A stretch of 64,000 bases of DNA from positions 1 to 64,000 of IMG/VR virus record IMGVR_UViG_3300037470_001039. One strand, 5' to 3'. The DNA is from a virus. Below, piece after piece: positions 36,520-45,352 of the stretch. The notes beneath the pieces were generated by a model. That model saw only the letters and a list, made by a program, of their open reading frames with translations. It did no database searches and was not told the origin of the DNA. The position numbers and the translations under genes are program-made. Position 1 is the stretch's first letter. The number at the start of each line of letters is the position of its first letter.

Positions 36520-39500
36520 ATGGATCCCAAGCTCGCGGCAACTTACTCTCGGCTCAAGAAGGTTCGACAGCGAGAGGATCTGTCGCTCAAGCCGACCTCG
36601 CTTCTCAAGCAGACGTACACGGACTTCGACGGGACCGAGCAACCGTTCCGTCACCGGTACTACCAGGTGCAGGGCATCCTGCATCTCGCGGCGATGAACC
36701 GGTTCGTCCTCGGAGACGATACGGGGTTGGGCAAGTGCGTCGTCGGCGACACGCTCGTCAAGACGAGCCGTGGCTTGATCCCCATCCGAGAACTCAACCC
36801 GGGCGTGACCGAGCCGGACGCCTTTGCTTCGCTGAGCGGCGTAGAGGTCGAAGTCGATGGGGCCACGGTGCCTGTGTCCCGGTTCTACTACGGAGGCGAG
36901 AAACCGACGATCAAGGTCCGCACCCGAAGTGGGTACGAGATCGAGGGGTCTCAGATCCATCCGGTCATGGTGCGGCGCGACGGCGTCGACCAGTGGGTCA
37001 AGTTGAGAGATCTGTGCGAGGGCGACTATATCGCAATCGAGAGATCGTGTGACATGAAAACACACGAAGACCGCGTTGAACCCGAGCTTCCGCCCCCGGG
37101 CCAAGGTGCTTCCCATGAGAGGAAGCATCACGTTCCGCGTCGCATGACTCCTGCATTCGCGCGGTTCCTCGGGTACCTCGTAGCCGAGAGTTGGTTCAAC
37201 CGGCATGACTTCTTTCTTCTGAGTCAGCACGCGGAGAAGAACCCGGAAGTCTACGCCGACATGGCCGCCTTGGCCGACGAGGTCTTCGGGATCCAGATGC
37301 GCCCGCTCCATGGCGACAAGGGATTCTCGCTCGCGAGCACGCAGATCATCCGGTTCTTGCGTGGTGTCGGATGTGTCGTTGGGGTCGCGAAGGACAAGGA
37401 GGTTCCGTGGTCGGTGCTGAGGAGTTCCCCTGCTTCCGTCCGAGAATTTCTCCGAGGCTATGTAGACGCGGAGGGATCGACGAGCACTCTCGGGATCGAG
37501 GTCAGCTCGGCCTCGGAGACCCTCCTTCGACAGGTACAAGTCATGCTCCTGTCCTTCGGGATCATCTCCCAACGCAACCCGAAGATGGTCGAAGGGCGCG
37601 ACCACATCTACTGGCGCGTGCAGATCCAAGGCGACAATGCCCGTCTCTTCATGCAGCGCATCGGACTCGTCTCGCACAGGAAAATCGAAGCACTCACTCC
37701 TCTTCTTGAGGGGACCTCCAACCCCAACTACGACGTCGTCCCTCAGGCTGTGGACCAAGTGGGAGATCTGAGGGCAGAGATCTACGCCCGCGCCGGGCGC
37801 CACGGCTACAAAGGGGGTGGCGTCGCGAAGCGATGGGGATCGGCCTTCTACAACACGCTCGGCCATGTCCGCGCTGGGCGGCGTAACCCGACGTATCGAT
37901 ACCTCGAGCGGGTCTTGGAAATCGCACGCGAGGTCGGCGTGTCGGAGATGAACCGCGCCTACGACGGTGTGGCAACCCTCGTCAGGCGCCGGTGGTTCTA
38001 CGACCCGATCGAGGACGTCGAGGACGGGTGGGCGGAGGTATTCGACATTGAGGTCGACGACCAGCGACATGCTTTCGTCGGTAACGGTCTCGTCTGTCAC
38101 AACACGCTCATGAGCATCTCTGGGCTCTGCTACGTGTGGGCTCGCGAGCCTGACCGCAAGGTCATCATCCTCACCAACAAGAGCGTCCTCGGCCAGTGGG
38201 CCCTGGAGTTCGAGAAGTTCTGCGTCCCCGACGCCGTCCAAGTCTTCACGGGGGTGGGGACGCCGGCCAAGCGCCAGAAGGTCTACAAGGCGTTCGAGCA
38301 TGCGACGGGGCCTACCGTACTCATCATGGGGTACGCGACGGCACGGCGGGACATCAAGTATCTCCAAGCCTGGTCGGACTACATCCTCATCGCGGACGAG
38401 TGCTTCTCGTATCACACGCCCGTGACCCTCGGGGACGGGTCGACGGAACTGATCGGCAAACTCGTCTCTCAGAAGGCATCCGTTGAGGTCTTGTCTTGGA
38501 ATCCTGATACCGGAGAAGTCGAACCCAAGAAAATCGTGAACTGGTACCGGAAACCGATGCCGGGGGTCTACGGACGCAGCCCTTCCCAGCGAAGAGCGGT
38601 CATGCGGAAGATGGAATTTCACTGGGGTGGAAACGTGTTCTGCACGGAAGACCATGATTTCTATCGCCTCGACGGATCGAAGACGCGTGCCGCCGATCTT
38701 CAACGCGGGGACAAAGTGGTGCACGTTGAGATGTTTGGCCCTACAGACGACCAGATGCAGATCATCCTCGGATCACTTTTGGGAGACGCTTCTATCTCGA
38801 CTCCGAGGAAAACGTGGGGTGTCTCTTTCGGGCACTCGGATGCGCAGCGGGACTTGCTGGAGTTCAAGCAGACCGTGTTGAGAGGACTCGGAGTTTCTGA
38901 GTTGAGTCTTGTGGAGGAGAATGGCTACTCAGAAACGAATTACTGGCGTTTCCGCATGAACGGTAACTCGTACGTGACCCGCGTACTGGATGAGGGATGC
39001 AGTCTTTTGGTCCCCTACAAGGGAACCAACCCGACCCGGAAACACCGGAAACAGGTGACGGTCGAATGGCTTGAGCGTGTCTCAGGTCTGGGGCTCGCTA
39101 TCTGGCACGCAGATGATGGATCTTTGAGCACCTACGAGCGGTCAGATGGCAGCAAGGGGATGCAGGTCCGACTCAACACCCAAGACTTCACCCGAGAGGA
39201 AGTGAGGTTGCTCGTTGGGTGGCTTCGGTGGCGATGGGGGGTCCAAGCCGCTGTCAAGATCGAAAACAAGCGCTGTGATCGGGAGAAGGGCACTCGGAAA
39301 ACGTACCCGTACATCTTCATTGGGAACGAAGGTGCGAAAAGATGGTTCGACCTTATGCCAGGTGCCGTGCCGGGAACTCTGCACAAGTTCCCGGAGGGGA
39401 TGCCTGTGCTCAGTCCGGCGGTCTTGGAAATTACACCGAAACCCGTGACAATGCCGGACCGTGTGGTGAACAAGTCACGTTGGCGTCCGAGCAACGACGG

Positions 39501-40665
39501 GGAGAGGTACGTCTACGACATCGAGGTTGAAGGTAATCACAACTATTTCGTCAACGGTACGCTTGTGTCGAATTGCACCGCCTTCAAGAACCCGAGCACG
39601 CAGACCTACCAGGTGGTGCGGCACCTGTCGTCGCGCTCGTCGAGGTTCTGGGCCCTGACGGCGACGCTGATCAAGAACAACCTCATCGAGGGCTACGGCA
39701 TCTACTCGCTCGTGGTCCCGGGCCTCTTTCCGAGCTCGAAGAACCGGTTCATGAACGAGTACTGCATGACCCGGCTCCAGGCCATCCCGGGGAGCCGCCG
39801 GCAGATCCCTGTCATCATCGGGTACCGCAAGGACCAGATCGACCGCTTCCGCGAGAAGATCGACCCCTACTTCCTCGCCCGGGCCAAGTTCGACGTGGCG
39901 AAGGAACTCCCGGTCCTCCAGGTGCGCGAGCACAAGTGCGGCATGACGCGCGACCAGGAGCGTGTCTACCGAGAGGCGCTCGCGGGGCTCTTCGAGAAGC
40001 ACACGGGCGAGGAGGTCGAGACGACCAAGCTGACGTCCTTGATCTACTGCCAGCAGATCGTCGACCATCCCGGGCTCGTGGAGGTCGAGGGGGACAGCGC
40101 CAAGATGGACGAGCTGTTCGACATGCTCACCGACGGCGATCTCGTCGGCGAGAAGGTCATTGTGTTTTCCCGGTTCCGCAAGATGATCAACAAGCTCGAG
40201 GAGGTGGCGCACTCCAAGAAGTACGATCTCAAGACGGTGCGCGTCACCGGAAACGAGGACGAGGACGAGCGCAAGGAGGCGATGCGCCAGTTCCAAGACC
40301 CAAACTCGGACATCCAGGTCTGCTGGATCACGGAGGCGGCGAAGGAGGGCATCAATCTCCAGGCCGCGAAGGCGCTCATCTTCTACGACTCTCCGTGGTC
40401 GGCCGGAGACTATCTTCAGTGTCTCGGCCGCATGATCCGTATCGGGTCGAAGCACGACCGCTGCTACGCGATCCACCTCGTCGCGCGCGGTACGATCGAC
40501 GTGAGGGTCATGGGGGTGCTGCGCAAGAAGATGAAGCTGATCGAGCAGGTCATGGGCAAGCGCCTCAAGGGAGACGACATGGACGACGTCTTCGTCTCCG
40601 ACGACAACAGCATCGACGACGTCTTCTCGGCGCTCATGGCAGACGCGAGGAAGTACGCCGCGTGA
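36520..40665 (+). CDS. SNF2-family helicase/ATPase containing two inteins
   Basis: YQVQG, GDDTGLGK|T (Walker A), DE|C (Walker B), LTATLIKN, KVIVFSRF, EGINLQ, Q..GR..RIG. Confidence 0.92.
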   Translation: MDPKLAATYSRLKKVRQREDLSLKPTSLLKQTYTDFDGTEQPFRHRYYQVQGILHLAAMNRFVLGDDTGLGKCVVGDTLVKTSRGLIPIRELNPGVTEPDAFASLSGVEVEVDGATVPVSRFYYGGEKPTIKVRTRSGYEIEGSQIHPVMVRRDGVDQWVKLRDLCEGDYIAIERSCDMKTHEDRVEPELPPPGQGASHERKHHVPRRMTPAFARFLGYLVAESWFNRHDFFLLSQHAEKNPEVYADMAALADEVFGIQMRPLHGDKGFSLASTQIIRFLRGVGCVVGVAKDKEVPWSVLRSSPASVREFLRGYVDAEGSTSTLGIEVSSASETLLRQVQVMLLSFGIISQRNPKMVEGRDHIYWRVQIQGDNARLFMQRIGLVSHRKIEALTPLLEGTSNPNYDVVPQAVDQVGDLRAEIYARAGRHGYKGGGVAKRWGSAFYNTLGHVRAGRRNPTYRYLERVLEIAREVGVSEMNRAYDGVATLVRRRWFYDPIEDVEDGWAEVFDIEVDDQRHAFVGNGLVCHNTLMSISGLCYVWAREPDRKVIILTNKSVLGQWALEFEKFCVPDAVQVFTGVGTPAKRQKVYKAFEHATGPTVLIMGYATARRDIKYLQAWSDYILIADECFSYHTPVTLGDGSTELIGKLVSQKASVEVLSWNPDTGEVEPKKIVNWYRKPMPGVYGRSPSQRRAVMRKMEFHWGGNVFCTEDHDFYRLDGSKTRAADLQRGDKVVHVEMFGPTDDQMQIILGSLLGDASISTPRKTWGVSFGHSDAQRDLLEFKQTVLRGLGVSELSLVEENGYSETNYWRFRMNGNSYVTRVLDEGCSLLVPYKGTNPTRKHRKQVTVEWLERVSGLGLAIWHADDGSLSTYERSDGSKGMQVRLNTQDFTREEVRLLVGWLRWRWGVQAAVKIENKRCDREKGTRKTYPYIFIGNEGAKRWFDLMPGAVPGTLHKFPEGMPVLSPAVLEITPKPVTMPDRVVNKSRWRPSNDGERYVYDIEVEGNHNYFVNGTLVSNCTAFKNPSTQTYQVVRHLSSRSSRFWALTATLIKNNLIEGYGIYSLVVPGLFPSSKNRFMNEYCMTRLQAIPGSRRQIPVIIGYRKDQIDRFREKIDPYFLARAKFDVAKELPVLQVREHKCGMTRDQERVYREALAGLFEKHTGEEVETTKLTSLIYCQQIVDHPGLVEVEGDSAKMDELFDMLTDGDLVGEKVIVFSRFRKMINKLEEVAHSKKYDLKTVRVTGNEDEDERKEAMRQFQDPNSDIQVCWITEAAKEGINLQAAKALIFYDSPWSAGDYLQCLGRMIRIGSKHDRCYAIHLVARGTIDVRVMGVLRKKMKLIEQVMGKRLKGDDMDDVFVSDDNSIDDVFSALMADARKYAA
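36736..38103 (+). mobile_element. Intein (456 aa) with LAGLIDADG-type endonuclease in SNF2 Walker A
   Basis: Begins CVVGDTLV, ends NGLVCHN, +1 Thr; FLGYLVAES and FLRGYVDAEG blocks. Confidence 0.92.
38401..39573 (+). mobile_element. Intein (391 aa) with LAGLIDADG-type endonuclease in SNF2 Walker B
   Basis: Begins CFSYHTPV, ends YDIEVEGNHNYFVNGTLVSN, +1 Cys; ILGSLLGDA and LAIWHADDG blocks. Confidence 0.92.
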
Positions 40666-41940
40666 TCGAGCCCGTGGAGATCCGACGACCGGTCGGAGAC
40701 CGTGCCCCCACGGCGCGGCTCTACTACGGGGCCGACTGTCGGGAGACCCTGCGCGGACTCCCGGAACGGTCTGTCCACTGCGTCGTCACGAGCCCTCCCT
40801 ACTGGGGACTGCGCGACTACGGGGGCGCCGCACAGATCGGTCTCGAGGACAGTCCCGAGCAGTTCGTCGCTCAGCTCGTCGAGGTGTTCCGCGAGGTGCA
40901 CAGGGTGCTCCGCGACGACGGCACCCTGTGGCTCAACCTCGGCGACAGCTACGTGCAGGCGCGAGGGCACGGACACTGGGAGAGCCGAGGAGGTAAGGGG
41001 GACGAGAAGGGGCAGAAGGTCGCGCAGCGGTGGGCCAAGATGGGCGCAGAGGACATCGGGCTCAAGCCGAAGGACCTCGTAGGGGTCCCGTGGATGGTGG
41101 CCTTCGCTCTGCGAGCCGACGGCTGGTACCTCCGGTCAGACATCATCTGGGCGAAGTCGAGCTGCATGCCCGAGAGCATCGGCGACCGCCCGACCAAGGC
41201 GCACGAGTACCTGTTCCTTCTGACCAAGCAGCCGCGGTACTTCTACGACGCCTACGCCATTCGAGAGCCGATCACCACGAAGCCTCAGGGGCGCAAGACT
41301 ACGGAGGCGTTCTCCGACACGAGTCGACCCGACCACCGCAAGGCGTCGATGAGCTACCGGTACGACGGGGTTCCTCCGGGCAACCCCGCCGGTCGTAACA
41401 AGAGGACGGTCTGGACCGTGAATCCAATCCCGTACCCGGGGGCCCACTTCGCCGTCTTCCCTCCGAAGCTCGTGGAGCCGTGCATCCTCGCGGGCACCTC
41501 GGAGAAGGGCTGCTGCCGAGAGTGTGGGGCCCCGTGGCGACGCGTCGTCGAGCGCGACGACGTGCGACCGAGCGACCGAGCGAGCGCGACGACGTGCGAC
41601 CGAGCGACCGCGACGGGGGGGATGACGGTCGAACAGGGGTGGGAGCGCAGCGGCATGTCCCACTTCAAGTACAACGAATGGCTCAAGGAGAACGCGCACG
41701 GTCGGATGGGTGCCTTCGTGCGACTGCGAGGCGGGTGACCCGGTGCCATGCACCGTGCTCGATTCCTTCAGCGGCTCGGCGACGACTGGCCTCGTGGCGT
41801 TCGACCACGGCCGCGACTACGTGGGCCTCGACCTCAACGCCGAGTATCTCGAACTCGGCCGCGCTCGGCTGCTCGGGGAACGGCCCCCGAAGCCCGGCGA
41901 CGGAGATGACGACCGAGGCATATTGGAGTTTTTCGGATGA
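40662..41940 (+). pseudogene. Beta-class N4-C/N6-A DNA methyltransferase, frameshifted near 41697
   Basis: GTG 40662; VTSPPY, RVLRDDG and HFAVFPP in frame 1; TVGWVPSCDC...VLDSFSGSATTG continues in the +1 frame to 41940. Confidence 0.8.
41549..41610 (+). repeat. 32-bp tandem duplication within the MTase variable loop
   Basis: cgagcgcgacgacgtgcgaccgagcgaccg at 41549 and 41581. Confidence 0.85.
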
Positions 41941-44405
41941 GCATCGAGCCTGTCGAGATTTGCAGACCCCTGGGGGACAAGCCCGCCACCGCCACGCTCC
42001 TGTACGGCGCGAGCTGCCTCGAGTCCCTTCGCGAGCTGCCGGAGGGGTCCGTCCACTGCATGGTCACGTCTCCGCCTTACTGGGGTCTCCGGGACTACGG
42101 GGGCGAGTCGCAGGTGTGGGGAGGCGACCCGGCCTGCGAGCACGGGTGGGGCGAGATGGGACCTCCCCACCACCCGAACCAGGTCGAGCAGACCAAGTGG
42201 AAGACGGCCGAGGCCACGGGGAAAGGGCAGACCGCCGGCAGCGGTCAGTTTTGCCAGAAGTGCGACGCGTGGCTCGGCCAGTTCGGGCTCGAGCCTACGC
42301 CGCAGATGTACACGGAGCACCTCGTCGAGATCTTCCGCGAGATCCGCCGCGTGCTTCGAGACGACGGGACGTGTTGGCTGAACCTCGGAGACAGCTACGC
42401 GGGCGCCGGGCCGTTGGGGGCGAGTTACCAGTCCGAGACTACGAAGCGTCAAGCGGGGCAGCAGCACGACGGGAACTTCTCGCTCTCGAAGCGTCTCGGC
42501 GAGCGCGGGCTGACCTACAACGAGAAGAAGCCGGTGCCCCCGCCGGGCCTCAAGAGCAAGGACCTCGTGGGCGTACCGTGGCGAGCCGCCTTCGCGCTCC
42601 AGGACGACGGCTGGTACCTGCGGAGCGAAATTATTTGGTGCCTGAGCGGAGGCACTCGCGTCTACGCCCGGACGAAACGGACTGAAAGTCCGATGATGAT
42701 CCACGAACTCGTGCGTCTCAACCCGGCTGATGTCCAGCTCTGGAACGGAGAGAGGTGGACGCAGGTGCTCGGATGGTCGGAGACCCCACGCCCCGATGAG
42801 ACTTTCGAGATCGAGCTCAGGAACGGAGAACGAATCGGGTGCACGGGGGGTCATGAATGGCCCACGCAACGAGGGATCGTGCGTGCCGATGAAATTCAAG
42901 AAGGTGACGTCATCGAGACTTGCCGCCTCCCCGCACCGCCGGAACTGCAGACTCCAGACCTGCTCCCGGACGAGGAGATCGGTTGGTTCGTGGGCACCTA
43001 CCTCGCCGACGGCAGCAAGGGCGATCACGACACGATTCTTCAGATCGCGAGTCACATGGACGAGGACCGCCGGTTCTCTCGTCTGTCGGACTTGGCCCGG
43101 TCCTACGGGGGGACCTGTGCACGCCACCAGACGTCCGAGAACGGTTGCATGATCAACCTCCATGGGCCCGTGCTTCACGGGATCGTGGAGCAGTACCTTC
43201 GCGGGCGCACGGCCAAGGACAAGCATCTCGATCCCCGTTGCTGGCGGCGCAGCGACGCGTTCCTTGAGGCGCTGATGCGAGGCTACCTCGCCGGAGACGG
43301 ACACCACGACGACCCCAATTCCCGCTGGCGTCTCGGTTTTTGCCAAAACGACAGGCTGGCCGACGACCTGCGGACGGTGTGCGCCCGAATCGGCTGGTCG
43401 TGTCGTCTTCGTCGCTGTCAACACCAGATGGGGGATCGCAAGTTCGCCGGGTGGGGGGGCGACGTTAAAGTAGCCCGCGGGACCCACTGGAACGCGAAAG
43501 AGGACGGTGAGGTCGTGGCGATCCGGCGTTCGCGAGCACGCAAGTTCTGGGACATCGGGGTCGCAGACGAGCCCCATCTTTTCGCGTTGGCCTCTGGAGT
43601 CTTGACGCACAACAGCAAGCCCAACCCCCTTCCGGAAAGCGTGCGGGATCGAGTCACGCGGGCTCACGAGCACATCTTCATGCTCACGAAGAAGGCGCGC
43701 TACTTCTACGATCACGACGCCATCAAGGAGCCGATGACGATGAAACCGCAGCGTCGCCTCACGGCGCGCAGCGGCGATCGTCACGACGCGATGCGTCACG
43801 ACAAGAAGTACGACTACGACGTCAGCGACGAGCCGCACCAGCAGGGGCCCGCGAACGGGCGGAATAAGCGGTCTGTCTGGACCGTGACGCCCAGGCCCTA
43901 TCGGGGCGCCCACTTTGCGGTGTTCCCTCCCGAGCTGATCGAGCCCTGCATCCTCGCGGGCACCTCGGAGAAGGGCTGCTGCCCGATGTGCGGCAACCCT
44001 TGGGAGCGCGTCGTGGAAACGGAGGGGGGCGGCATCGCCTACGAGGGCTCGGGGGAGAACGTCCAGGGTGACCGCAAGGGGCTCGACCCGAAGAACTACG
44101 ACCGGCTCAAGATCAAGGGGGCGAGCCGCGTCACCCCGATGTCGAGGTACCGCGTCGAGTGGAAGCCGACCTGCGGCTGTCCCGAGCACGAGCCGATCCC
44201 ATGCAAGGTTCTCGATCCCTTCTCCGGGAGCGGCACGACGGGTGTCGTGTGCCTCGACAAGGGTCGCGACTACGTGGGGCTCGACCTGAACCGGGAGTAC
44301 TTGGAACTCGCTACGGCACGCCTCCTGGGCGAGGACGCGCCGAGTCGGTCCCGCGAGGACGAGGACGTCGGGATCTTGGAAATTCTGGGGGTAAAAGAGG
44401 GGTGA
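41937..44405 (+). CDS. Beta-class N4-C/N6-A DNA methyltransferase with intein
   Basis: VTSPPY, RVLRDDG, HFAVFPP, VLDPFSGSGTTG; close paralog of the upstream gene. Confidence 0.92.
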   Translation: MSIEPVEICRPLGDKPATATLLYGASCLESLRELPEGSVHCMVTSPPYWGLRDYGGESQVWGGDPACEHGWGEMGPPHHPNQVEQTKWKTAEATGKGQTAGSGQFCQKCDAWLGQFGLEPTPQMYTEHLVEIFREIRRVLRDDGTCWLNLGDSYAGAGPLGASYQSETTKRQAGQQHDGNFSLSKRLGERGLTYNEKKPVPPPGLKSKDLVGVPWRAAFALQDDGWYLRSEIIWCLSGGTRVYARTKRTESPMMIHELVRLNPADVQLWNGERWTQVLGWSETPRPDETFEIELRNGERIGCTGGHEWPTQRGIVRADEIQEGDVIETCRLPAPPELQTPDLLPDEEIGWFVGTYLADGSKGDHDTILQIASHMDEDRRFSRLSDLARSYGGTCARHQTSENGCMINLHGPVLHGIVEQYLRGRTAKDKHLDPRCWRRSDAFLEALMRGYLAGDGHHDDPNSRWRLGFCQNDRLADDLRTVCARIGWSCRLRRCQHQMGDRKFAGWGGDVKVARGTHWNAKEDGEVVAIRRSRARKFWDIGVADEPHLFALASGVLTHNSKPNPLPESVRDRVTRAHEHIFMLTKKARYFYDHDAIKEPMTMKPQRRLTARSGDRHDAMRHDKKYDYDVSDEPHQQGPANGRNKRSVWTVTPRPYRGAHFAVFPPELIEPCILAGTSEKGCCPMCGNPWERVVETEGGGIAYEGSGENVQGDRKGLDPKNYDRLKIKGASRVTPMSRYRVEWKPTCGCPEHEPIPCKVLDPFSGSGTTGVVCLDKGRDYVGLDLNREYLELATARLLGEDAPSRSREDEDVGILEILGVKEG
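42639..43613 (+). mobile_element. Intein (325 aa) in DNA methyltransferase
   Basis: EIIW|CLSGGTRV...SGVLTHN|SKPNP; FVGTYLADG and LMRGYLAGDG endonuclease blocks. Confidence 0.92.
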
Positions 44406-45352
44406 AGCGGCCCTACGCAGACCCCGACTGCCCCAAGTGCAAGGGCGACGGGTGGCTCTACGCCAGGTCCATGATCACGCTACCCGGCGACCGCGGCGGA
44501 CGGGACTGCGACTGCACCCTCGACCACCATCGACGCGCGAACATGGAGCGCGTATGGCCGTCGCTGTCTGGCGCCAAGGAGGCGACGGGGCTCCGCGAAC
44601 CGTGCCCTCTTCTCGGGCTCGTCAAGCGCAATCTGTGGATCACGGCCAAGGAGAACGTCTTCCGCGCCCACCTCAAGGCGGTCTGCTACCGCAAGCACCA
44701 TCTGTGGGACGCCAAGGTGTGGTCGGACAAGGATCTCGTGAAAGCGTGGCTGAACACCGCCTACGCACAGGGCCACAAGGTCTACGACACCGAGCTCGAC
44801 AATGTGCGCGTGACGGCCATGTACATCGACGAACTCGTTGAGTCCTATGAACTCGTCGTCTTCGTCCTCGGCGTGAAGGAGGCTCCGAACAAGGAGACCC
44901 CCTCCGTGCTCCTCGAGGCCATCAAGACGCGACGTCACTTGGGGCGTTCGTCGTGGGTCGTCGACCAGCCGCAGCGTCCTCTGATGACTCCCGAACACCG
45001 GGCGTACAGCGAAGCACTTGAGGGGATGCTGAAGCACTGGCCCCACATCCACATCACCGGCTCGGGTTCCCTCAAGATCGTGGGAGGCTCGGTGCACGAG
45101 TCCGATACGGTCTCGGACGTCGATCCCGACGATCCCGTCGAAGAGGACGAGGCGTCGGCCGAGATCAACAAAGCGCTCTCGAATCTCGACGAGGAGGGCG
45201 AGGAGGGCGAGGACGACGTTGTCGTTTCAGCCAGCATGCGGAGTTTCTTGAACCAGATGGCGCAGAACGAGGAGGTGCAGGAGGAACAGGCGCGTCGCAA
45301 GATGTTCAAGAAACGGTCGAGCAAGAAGCCCCCGCGGGGAGGACGCAAGTGA
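44402..45352 (+). CDS. Zn-binding protein, possible degenerate DnaC/IstB-like helicase loader
   Basis: GTG 44402; CPKCKGDGW...CDC N-terminus as in phage loader proteins; overlaps the start of the dnaB-like gene; no Walker A visible. Confidence 0.45.
   Translation: MKRPYADPDCPKCKGDGWLYARSMITLPGDRGGRDCDCTLDHHRRANMERVWPSLSGAKEATGLREPCPLLGLVKRNLWITAKENVFRAHLKAVCYRKHHLWDAKVWSDKDLVKAWLNTAYAQGHKVYDTELDNVRVTAMYIDELVESYELVVFVLGVKEAPNKETPSVLLEAIKTRRHLGRSSWVVDQPQRPLMTPEHRAYSEALEGMLKHWPHIHITGSGSLKIVGGSVHESDTVSDVDPDDPVEEDEASAEINKALSNLDEEGEEGEDDVVVSASMRSFLNQMAQNEEVQEEQARRKMFKKRSSKKPPRGGRK

Noticed and set aside
41549-41610. 32-bp duplication as the cause or switch of the MTase frameshift
   Set aside because: Removing a unit leads to the wrong frame, and the required frame has a TGA at ~41623; the shift maps to ~41697.
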